Translations under genes and position numbers: made by a program
From: Candidatus Gastranaerophilales bacterium
Lineage (GTDB): Bacteria; Cyanobacteriota; Vampirovibrionia; Gastranaerophilales; Gastranaerophilaceae
Reading direction: 5' to 3'
Length of the DNA stretch: 64,000 nucleotides
NCBI GenBank assembly: GCA_944326605.1
Contig: CALVEM010000005.1
Location: forward strand, 20,447-84,446
The notes under the pieces: generated by a model
What the model was told of the DNA's origin: nothing
What the model saw: only the letters and a program-made list of their open reading frames with translations
Database searches by the model: none
Part shown: one piece after another, positions 50,796 to 59,030 of the stretch
Numbering within the stretch: the stretch's first letter is position 1
Layout of the letters: every line of letters starts with the position of its first letter

Positions 50796-52064
50796 TTGAG
50801 AAAAATTATCGTACAAAAATTTGGCGGAACCTCTGTAGCAGACACTGAAAAAATTAAAAATGTTGCCAAAATCGTTATAAAAGAAAAAGAAAACGGAAAC
50901 GATGTAGTAGTGGTAGTTTCGGCTATGGGGCATACAACCGATTATCTTGTTAAAATGGCTAAAGATTTATCCCCTAATCCTTCTGAAAGAGAAATGGATA
51001 TGCTTTTATCTACAGGCGAGGGTGTTTCTATTGCACTTTTGGCAATGGCTATTCAGGCTCAAGGATATGATGCAATTAGTTATAATGCAATGCAAATAGG
51101 TATTATGACTGAAAATATTCATTCCAAAGCAAGAATTTTAGAAATAAAAACCGATAAACTTAAACAGAATATAAAAGAAGGCAAAATTATTGTTATTGCA
51201 GGGTTTCAGGGTGTAACTGAAAATGGAGAAATTACAACCCTTGGCAGAGGCGGTTCCGATACGTCGGCCGTTGCTCTTGCAGCTGCCTTGAATGCGGAGA
51301 GATGTGATATTTATACGGATGTTGAAGGAGTTTATACTACTGACCCGCGTGTTGTGCCGCATGCTTCAAAATTAAAAGAAATCTCTTATGAAGAAATGCT
51401 TGAACTTGCGCATGCAGGCGCTAACGTTTTACACCCGAGAAGTGTAGAAACTGCAAAGCTTAACAATGTTCCTCTGCGTGTAAGAAGCAGTTTTAATATT
51501 GATAATTTAGGTACTTTAATATTAGGAGTTAATAAAATGGAATTAAATAAACCTGTTGCCGGCGTTGCCCAGGATTTGTCACAGGCAAGAATAGTAGTTT
51601 GCGATGTTCCTGATAAACCTGGTGTTGCAGCAAAATTGTTCAGCAAACTGGCTCAAGAAAATATTTCTGTTGATATGATTATCCAATCTTATGCCCGCAA
51701 GGTGTCTAATACAAACGACATTGCTTTTACTGTTGATAAAACTGATTTGAGCAAAACAGCAGCTGCATTAGAAGTCCTGAAAAGTGAAATAGGTGCAACA
51801 GGCGAAATTGAAGTTGATGAAAATATCGCAAAAGTTTCAATAGTTGGTGCCGGAATGATAGACAGACCGGGGGTTGCCTCCGCTATGTTTGAAACACTTG
51901 CCGAACAAGGGATAAATATAAGAATGATTTCAACAAGTGAAATTAAAATCAGTTGTCTTGTCGATAAAGAGCAGGCTCCGCTGGCTGTAAAAGCATTACA
52001 TACAGTGTTTAAGCTTGATAGTGATGATGTCGCTGATGTAAAAGGTGATTTGCCGGATGTGTAA
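50796..52064 (+). CDS. lysC: Aspartate kinase
   Basis: VQKFGGTSV, VVSAMG, TLGRGGSDTSAV, two ACT domains (ISTSEIKIS). Confidence 0.97.
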   Translation: MRKIIVQKFGGTSVADTEKIKNVAKIVIKEKENGNDVVVVVSAMGHTTDYLVKMAKDLSPNPSEREMDMLLSTGEGVSIALLAMAIQAQGYDAISYNAMQIGIMTENIHSKARILEIKTDKLKQNIKEGKIIVIAGFQGVTENGEITTLGRGGSDTSAVALAAALNAERCDIYTDVEGVYTTDPRVVPHASKLKEISYEEMLELAHAGANVLHPRSVETAKLNNVPLRVRSSFNIDNLGTLILGVNKMELNKPVAGVAQDLSQARIVVCDVPDKPGVAAKLFSKLAQENISVDMIIQSYARKVSNTNDIAFTVDKTDLSKTAAALEVLKSEIGATGEIEVDENIAKVSIVGAGMIDRPGVASAMFETLAEQGINIRMISTSEIKISCLVDKEQAPLAVKALHTVFKLDSDDVADVKGDLPDV

Positions 52065-52065
52065 T

Positions 52066-52097
52066 TAGATGCAAAGAAGCGAAGAGGCATTGACGCA
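52066..52097. repeat. 4x octamer array (AAGANGCN family)
   Basis: TAGATGCA AAGAAGCG AAGAGGCA TTGACGCA; same family as 12769-12800, 38729-38760 and 20472-20495. Confidence 0.7.
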
Positions 52098-52613
52098 AAG
52101 CAAATTTAGAAGATAGGCCGTTAAAGCTAGTAGAAGTCAATAGGTCAGGATGTCAAGCTATTTAATGTAACTAATCTCTTCCTTCTCTTTTTAGGAAAGT
52201 ATAAGATGATGGGTTACAATCAATACCCACCCCAACTCTCCTTAATCAGTGAGGGGACTGCGCTATTCTGTGAAGACAAAGAAAGTCTATGCAATGCCCA
52301 AGTGTCGGGTGGAGCGGCTATGCAAAAAAAACGGGAGCATAAAGCTCCCTGTTGGAATTAAGAATAGCTGGAAGTATGAAAAAGATTTATACAAATATTT
52401 AAAAGAATAAGTGTTATTTTTACAATTACCCGTTCGGGCTATTTGAAAAAGACGGGTTAACTATAAAAAAATCTAAATAAACAGGCATGCTTTTTAGTGA
52501 GTAAAACTAAAAAATACATCATATATATTAATAAGTGCATATATTACACTTATTTTGAAGCGCCATATATAGCAAGCCTTTTAGCCATCCTTAATAAAAG
52601 TTCATAATAGGGG

Positions 52614-52642
52614 TTGACAAAATGTATTTTATAGTTTATATT
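52614..52642 (+). promoter_or_regulatory. Sigma-70 promoter
   Basis: TTGACA-N17-TATATT; GAGGAGG RBS before ATG 52705. Confidence 0.75.
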
Positions 52643-52704
52643 AAAAGTGTTAGATGAAGTGTTAAATAAACACTTAATAAAAACCTCACGAGAGGAGGGC
52701 TAAA

Positions 52705-52992
52705 ATGATAACAATTAATCCTGTAAAATTAAATTCAGTAAAATCAATTACTTTCGGCGAAGGTAATTTAAATAATATAACCCCGAGTGTAGCGATACTT
52801 TCGCTGCAAAATCCAAATGCGAAAATAAACTTTGAGAATGATTTAAATCGTACTCAACAGGCGGATATGGTTCAAAATCCGAATATGTTTAACGCTTTAG
52901 GCGCTAAACTTCGCAAGACTTATAATATACTATTTTCACCCGACTATGACAGAGCTAGTAAAAGTCCTAAACATATTTCATTTTTAGGTTAA
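52705..52992 (+). CDS. Small hypothetical protein
   Basis: Strong promoter and RBS; SITFGEG motif. Confidence 0.75.
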   Translation: MITINPVKLNSVKSITFGEGNLNNITPSVAILSLQNPNAKINFENDLNRTQQADMVQNPNMFNALGAKLRKTYNILFSPDYDRASKSPKHISFLG

Positions 52993-53111
52993 TTTTACTC
53001 TACTGTCTTTACCCCTAAAACTTGCTTCATTGATTATAACCATGTTGCTAAGTAATTATTTAATAACTTGATTTATCCTTTCTGTGGGAACATAGAAAGG
53101 ATATTAAGTTT

Positions 53112-53492
53112 ATGAACGAAAAAATTAAAGAAATCAGATTTGATGCTGAAAAAGCAAAATGTTATTTTTCAAAAATGTTAGCATTTACTCTCGGACCTGT
53201 CGAATTAAAAGATTTATTGGAAGAAAATAATGTAAAACTTGTTGATGTAAGGCTTTCTGCAGATTATGAAATTTCACATATTCCGGGAGCAATTTCAATT
53301 CCTAAAGATGAGTTGGCAGACAATACTGAAAAACTTTCAAAAAACGAGATTACTGTAATTTACTGTTACAATCAGCAGTGTCATTTAGGAGCTGAAGCTT
53401 GTTTAATCCTTGCGGATTACGGTTATCCTGTAATGCTTCTGGAAGGCGGTTTTAAGACCTGGACAGAGGACTTCCGCTTTGCAACAGAGTAA
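53112..53492 (+). CDS. Rhodanese-like domain protein
   Basis: LVDVR...HIPGAISIP...VIYC...LEGGFKTW. Confidence 0.9.
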   Translation: MNEKIKEIRFDAEKAKCYFSKMLAFTLGPVELKDLLEENNVKLVDVRLSADYEISHIPGAISIPKDELADNTEKLSKNEITVIYCYNQQCHLGAEACLILADYGYPVMLLEGGFKTWTEDFRFATE

Positions 53493-53501
53493 ATAATAGT
53501 C

Positions 53502-53583
53502 CTCCCACGCATCTTTATGATCCGCATGTCGGTTAAGGTTTTTCTTTCTTTAGACGATTGAGCGGCGGTAGATTAAGTAGGAG
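53502..53583 (+). ncRNA. Candidate structured RNA (extended imperfect hairpin)
   Basis: Nested pairings CTCCCAC/GTAGGAG, ATCT/AGAT, CCGC/GCGG, GTCG/CGAT, TTAAGG/CTTTAG; no family recognised. Confidence 0.3.
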
Positions 53584-53772
53584 TGAAATTAAAGAACTCT
53601 ATGTCATCGCGAATTTATTCCGCGATTTCTTTGTTGTTTTTAGATTGCGCAACATGGTGCGCTATATCAGGTTGAAATCTGCATTCTTACTCTCTTATCT
53701 TAAATTAGTATCTGTTTATTCATAAAATTGTAAAATAACCATATGTAACGTAAGCAATAAGTCCAAGATGAC

Positions 53773-54474
53773 TTAAATATTTGCTCCGCCGTTGTTTTTC
53801 ATCTTATCCAGAACTTTTTTGCTGCCCTCCCTCGCCTTTGCAATTGTTAGGGCAAAATCAGTTGCTTCTTGATCGCGGTTAATTGCTTCTTTAAGTCCTG
53901 TCATTTCATCAAGATTAAGATTGGAAAGTATTGCCTCATCTGAATTTAAATATATTTTAAAAAGTTTCTGTGAAATAAAATCAAAGCCGGGAAGTTTCAT
54001 CTCAAGTGCATACCACTTGTAGAACTGATGAGCCATATAATAAGGGTCTATATTCCCGTTTCTCATTATGAACACCGGTTTTGATTTGAATGAAAAACCT
54101 GATTTCGTAATTAAATTTATATAAAATGCTTCAATCCCTTTCAATTCAGTTACAAGTCCTTCTTCTTGTTTAATTGCCGCAAGGAGTTTATCGGCGTTGT
54201 CAAGTTTTATAACTTTTGTCCCTTTACTTTCAATATAGGCTAAAAGTTTGCCAGCGTCATTATTACAGCTTTTTACAATATCTTCTACATTTTTTTTGAC
54301 AAGCTCTTTATTTTTTTCTGTTTCGGCGTTCAAAGTCATAGTTACGCCGGTTGAAAGTACCGTTTTAGACGTTGAATTGGTGCTTGAAAGCTTTAAATGT
54401 CTGCAAAGTTTTTTACTGAGGGATTTTTCCTGCTGTTCTAAAAAGAAATAAACGATTTTTTGAAATAAGTTCAT
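53773..54474 (-). CDS. Hypothetical protein
   Basis: 233 aa ORF. Confidence 0.7.
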   Translation of the reverse strand: MNLFQKIVYFFLEQQEKSLSKKLCRHLKLSSTNSTSKTVLSTGVTMTLNAETEKNKELVKKNVEDIVKSCNNDAGKLLAYIESKGTKVIKLDNADKLLAAIKQEEGLVTELKGIEAFYINLITKSGFSFKSKPVFIMRNGNIDPYYMAHQFYKWYALEMKLPGFDFISQKLFKIYLNSDEAILSNLNLDEMTGLKEAINRDQEATDFALTIAKAREGSKKVLDKMKNNGGANI

Positions 54475-54921
54475 AATATTAATATATTATATTATTGGTA
54501 TCTTGTAAATATACTTTACATAATGCGTGTTATTTGAAGTCTATAAGACTATAGGACGTTAAGACGATAAGTCATTACGGTGCGCGAAGCGCACGTAAAA
54601 TAAATAAAGCGACGATAACGGAACGAGCAATAATTGCAGGCGAAGCAAACTTCAAAGGCGTGTATTGTTTGAGCGGTAAAGAGATTCTGAAACAAGTTCA
54701 GAATGACGGATTATATAGCGAGTTTACACGCCTGTATGCTGAGCCTTGCAAATTATTAGCGAGTGAATGTGTGTCGCCGGTTTGCGTCGCTTTTCCGCAA
54801 AAGCGACCGCTGTGCGCGCAGCACCCGCCGGAGGCAAAGAAAGTACGATAGTTTGTTTTTAGTTGCCGATAACACGCATTATTCAAATATTAAATTTGTA
54901 TAAAGATTGTAAAAAATACAC

Positions 54922-54950
54922 TTGCTTTTTAAATACTATTGTTTTATAAT
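54922..54950 (+). promoter_or_regulatory. adhE sigma-70 promoter
   Basis: TTGCTT-N17-TATAAT. Confidence 0.75.
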
Positions 54951-54954
54951 GTAA

Positions 54955-54972
54955 TTGTGAAATAAATCACGA
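54955..54972 (+). promoter_or_regulatory. Rex-like (or CRP-like) operator
   Basis: TTGTGAA-ATAA-ATCACGA vs Rex consensus TTGTGAA-N4-TTCACAA, immediately downstream of the -10. Confidence 0.6.
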
Positions 54973-55022
54973 ATAAAGATGATTTTTTTATAACAGTGCA
55001 CAGCACAAGGAGATATTAAATT

Positions 55023-57698
55023 ATGACAACGAAAAGTAAAAAAACGGTTGAAAACCTTGAAAAAGCTTTAAAAAGTGATTCAAGCAAAGTTGAAACCGCT
55101 GAACAATTGGAATTGTTAATCGAAAGAGTTAAGAAAGCTCAAAAGATTTATTCAAATTATTCTCAGGAACAGGTTGATGCGATATTCAAAGCAGCTGCTA
55201 CTGCTGCTGACAAAGCACGTATTCCTCTTGCAAGAATGGCTGTTGAAGAAACAGGTATGGGTGTTTTGGAAGACAAAATTATTAAAAACCACTTTGCATC
55301 AGAATACATTTATAACAAACATAAAAACGCTAAGACCTGCGGTATTATTAAAGAAGACAAAACTAACGGAATTAAAATTGTCGCAGAACCTCTTGGAGTT
55401 ATTGCAGGTATTGTTCCTACCACAAACCCGACTTCTACTGCAATTTTCAAATCATTAATTGCTTTAAAAACAAGAAACGGTATAATCTTTTCACCGCACC
55501 CGAGAGCAAAAGCCTGCACTATTGCTGCTGCTAAATTAGTTTTGGAAGCAGCAGTTAAAGCCGGCGCTCCGGAAGATATTATCGGTTGGATTGATGTTCC
55601 GTCTATTGAATTGTCTAACCAGTTGATGAAACACGAATCAATTTCTTGTATTCTTGCAACAGGCGGCCCGGGAATGGTTAAAGCTGCATATTCTTCAGGC
55701 AACCCTGCTTTGGGCGTAGGTCCCGGCAACGCATCTGCAGTTATTGATGAAACTGCTGATATTAAAATGGCTGTTTCTTCAATCATTATGTCAAAAACTT
55801 TTGACAACGGTATGATTTGTGCTTCTGAACAATCTGTAATCGTTGTTGATGAAATTTATGAAGAAGTTAAAAAAGAATTCATCTACAGAGGTGCTCATCT
55901 TTTGACTCCTTCAGATGAAAAGAAATTAATCGATCTTCCGTTCATTGACCCGAAACGCGGAACAGCTCATCCTGACATCGTAGGTCAGAGCGCACACAGA
56001 ATTGCGGAACTTGCAGGTTTTAAGGTTCCTTCAACTGCTAAATTACTTCTTGCGGAAAGACCTTCTGTTGATTGGGAAGATCCGTTCTCAAGAGAAAAAT
56101 TATCACCGATTTTAACTATGTATAGAGCAAAAGACTTTGATGAAGCAACAGAAATGGCTTACGAACTTGTTTCAAAAGGCGGCGCAGGTCACTCTGCAGA
56201 CCTTTATACAGATACACGTCATCAGGAAAGAATTGATAAATTTTCTGAAAAAATGCCGGCTTGCAGAGTTTTAATTAACTCACCTTCTGCACAGGGCGGT
56301 ATCGGTGATTTGTATAACTTTAAACTTGAACCGTCTCTTTCACTCGGCTGCGGTTCATGGGGTAAAAATGCCGTTTCAGGTAACATCGGTGTTGAAAACT
56401 TATTGAACTACAAAACAGTTGCAGAAAGGAGAGAAAACATGCTCTGGTTCAAAGTTCCGCCAAAAGTTTACTTCAAAAGAGGAGCAGTTGATTTAGCTCT
56501 TCGTGAACTTCAAGGCAAAAAACGTGCCTTTATTGTAACTGACAGATTTTTATTCAATTCAGGTGCAGTAGATCATATTGTTAATGTTTTGGATGAAGTA
56601 GGCATTGATCACCAGATATTCTTTGATGTAAAACCTGATCCGACATTATCAACTATTAATCAGGCAATGGAAATTATGAAACCTTATGAACCTGATGTAA
56701 TTATATCACTTGGCGGCGGTTCTCCGATGGATGCTGCGAAGATTATGTGGTTGATGTATGAACAGCCTGATACGGTATTTGAAGATATTTCAATGAGATT
56801 TATGGATATCAGAAAGAGAATATGCCGTATCCCTGAACTCGGTAAAAAAGCTACTATGGTTGCTATTCCGACAACTTCAGGTACAGGTTCTGAGGTTACA
56901 CCGTTTGCAATTATTACAGATGACAAAACTCACGTAAAATATGCAATCGCTGATTATGCATTGACTCCTAACATGGCAATCATTGACCCGAACTTTGTTG
57001 ACGGTATGCCGAAAGGTTTGACAGCTGCATCTGGTATCGATGCACTTGTTCACTCAATTGAAGCTTATGTATCTTCTATGGCTACAAATTTCACAAATTC
57101 AAATGCTCTGGAAGCTGCAAAATTAGTCTTCAGATATCTTGAAAGATCCTGGTCTGAAGGTGCAAACGATCCGATTGCCAGAGAAAAAATGCACTATGCG
57201 GCAACAATTGCAGGTATGGCATTTGCAAACGCATTCTTAGGTTTGTGCCACTCAATGGCTCACAAACTTGGTGCTATGTTTAATGTACCTCACGGTGTTG
57301 CAAACGCATTGTTAATCAGACAGGTAATCAAATACAACGCAGTTGACTGCCCGAAAAAACAATGTATCTTCCCGCAGTATAAATTCCCGAATGCAAAGGC
57401 TAAATACGCTCAGATTGCAGATGAATTAGGCTTAGGCGGAAAGAATGATGATGAAAAAGTCGAATTGTTGATTGAAGCAATTGACAAGCTTATGAAAGCA
57501 GTCAACTTACCGAATTCTATCAAAGATTTCGGTGTATCTGAAGCCGACTTCAACGCTAAATTAGATGAAATGGTAGAACTTGCATTTGACGACCAGTGCA
57601 CAGGTGCAAACCCTGCATATCCGTTGATGGAAGATATCAAGGCAATCTATAAAGACGCTTACGAAGGTGTTGTAAGAGATTACTACGAAACTAAGTAA
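55023..57698 (+). CDS. adhE: Bifunctional acetaldehyde-CoA/alcohol dehydrogenase
   Basis: PTTNPTST, GVGPGN, FDNGMICASE, GGGSPMDAAK, PTTSGTGSEVT, HGVANA. Confidence 0.98.
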   Translation: MTTKSKKTVENLEKALKSDSSKVETAEQLELLIERVKKAQKIYSNYSQEQVDAIFKAAATAADKARIPLARMAVEETGMGVLEDKIIKNHFASEYIYNKHKNAKTCGIIKEDKTNGIKIVAEPLGVIAGIVPTTNPTSTAIFKSLIALKTRNGIIFSPHPRAKACTIAAAKLVLEAAVKAGAPEDIIGWIDVPSIELSNQLMKHESISCILATGGPGMVKAAYSSGNPALGVGPGNASAVIDETADIKMAVSSIIMSKTFDNGMICASEQSVIVVDEIYEEVKKEFIYRGAHLLTPSDEKKLIDLPFIDPKRGTAHPDIVGQSAHRIAELAGFKVPSTAKLLLAERPSVDWEDPFSREKLSPILTMYRAKDFDEATEMAYELVSKGGAGHSADLYTDTRHQERIDKFSEKMPACRVLINSPSAQGGIGDLYNFKLEPSLSLGCGSWGKNAVSGNIGVENLLNYKTVAERRENMLWFKVPPKVYFKRGAVDLALRELQGKKRAFIVTDRFLFNSGAVDHIVNVLDEVGIDHQIFFDVKPDPTLSTINQAMEIMKPYEPDVIISLGGGSPMDAAKIMWLMYEQPDTVFEDISMRFMDIRKRICRIPELGKKATMVAIPTTSGTGSEVTPFAIITDDKTHVKYAIADYALTPNMAIIDPNFVDGMPKGLTAASGIDALVHSIEAYVSSMATNFTNSNALEAAKLVFRYLERSWSEGANDPIAREKMHYAATIAGMAFANAFLGLCHSMAHKLGAMFNVPHGVANALLIRQVIKYNAVDCPKKQCIFPQYKFPNAKAKYAQIADELGLGGKNDDEKVELLIEAIDKLMKAVNLPNSIKDFGVSEADFNAKLDEMVELAFDDQCTGANPAYPLMEDIKAIYKDAYEGVVRDYYETK

Positions 57699-57719
57699 GT
57701 ATCTGTTAAAATTAAAAAT

Positions 57720-57750
57720 AAAAGAACCGCCTTAAAAAGCGGTTCTTTTA
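57720..57750. terminator. Bidirectional intrinsic terminator
   Basis: AAAAGAACCGC-CTTAAAAA-GCGGTTCTTTT between adhE and pilin locus D. Confidence 0.85.
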
Positions 57751-57751
57751 T

Positions 57752-58930
57752 TTAATTAATAAAGTCTCCTGTCGCATCATAATTTATATAATTTAATTTT
57801 TCGTCAGTTAATACTGATTCTATTTTTGTATGCCAGTTGCTAATTTTGTTGTTAGTAATAATAAAACTATAGGCATCGGCGCCGAGCTGATTTGGACCTT
57901 TAAGTCCGTTAGCATCAATAAACATTACCCCGCATTGTTTTTGATAAGTTTCTGTTGTTTCGTAACCTCCGTTGCCGTCAGGAATCCAGTTGCCATCTGC
58001 ATCTGTAACTTTATTAGTAAATATTCTTCCGCATTTACTATCTCCGCCTACATAAGGATTTATTGCGATTATAGAGCCATCGGCAAGTACAGCTTTAGAA
58101 TAATTTTTAATTGAATGAGTGGCATTTTTCCCTTTGCCGTCATTGTATGCTTTCGGATATTTATAATACTCCGGAGCACAGCCTGATGAGCCAGGTTTAC
58201 ATATTTGAGCAGTATTTAAATATGAAAAAAATTCATTAACTAACTCATCTTTTGTTTTTGTTTGAATAAATATATCTGCATAATCGTATGCCCCTTCATC
58301 AAATTTCCACCTGTTCATAGCATTCAGAACTGTAGAATATGTTTTTTAGTTTGAGTAGCAAATACTTTATTTTTATAATTTGCAATTAACGCAGGCATAG
58401 TCAATGCCGCAACAATTCCGATAATTCCAAGGGTGATTAAAACCTCAGCCAAAGTAAATGCGGTGTGACGGACATTGTCAGTGGTGTCTACGTGCGTAGC
58501 ACCTTCTGCTAGAGTAAACGCGACTTTTTTATGGGGAGAATAAGTAAATAAGTGAATAGGAGAATAAGTTCGTTTCAGGATCTTATGAGATCCCGAAACA
58601 AGTTCGGGATGACGGATTGCTGCCTCTCCTATGGGAGAGAACTGGGGTGAGGATTGATTTTCACCCTCACCTTTACTTCCCCTCCCCTCAAGGGAGGGGA
58701 TATTTTTTTCTCCTCTCTCCCCAAAGGGGCGAGAGTTAGTGTGAAGAAACAGCGTAGCCGTTCCATCCGACACACGGATTTTGCATGAATTTTTCAGGTC
58801 ATTCTGGGCGAAGCGAAGAATCGCATTACCGTCACGATTATGCGAATGCCTTAGCTCTAAAACACTGTAATCCCTTGTTACATCTTTATCCTGTTGGGGG
58901 GGGGCAACTCAAAGCTTCTCTATTAAACAT
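57752..58930 (-). pseudogene. Type IV pilin-like protein, locus D: C9 frameshift in the leader plus a second frameshift at A6 in the mature domain
   Basis: GGAGG RBS, ATG 58930 reads MFNREALSCPPPTG*; C8 or C11 opens the leader into ORF 58324..58773; adding one A at T6 58342-47 joins it to ORF 57752..58318 (KKTYSTVLNAMNR; IDANGLKGPNQLGAD). Confidence 0.85.
58896..58904 (-). repeat. Homopolymer C9 (G9 on +) at codons 9-12 of pilin locus D
   Basis: Directly counted. Confidence 0.95.
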
Positions 58931-59030
58931 TTTTCATCCTCCATATTTTTTTTCTTATTATTTACGATTTTAGTATATTTGTCAAGGTTGGCTGTGAGAT
59001 GAAATAATATTTTTTTATAAGTCTATTCCA

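Noticed and set aside
50780-50800. Lysine riboswitch upstream of lysC
   Set aside because: lysC starts 3 nt after the TPR gene stop, leaving no leader.
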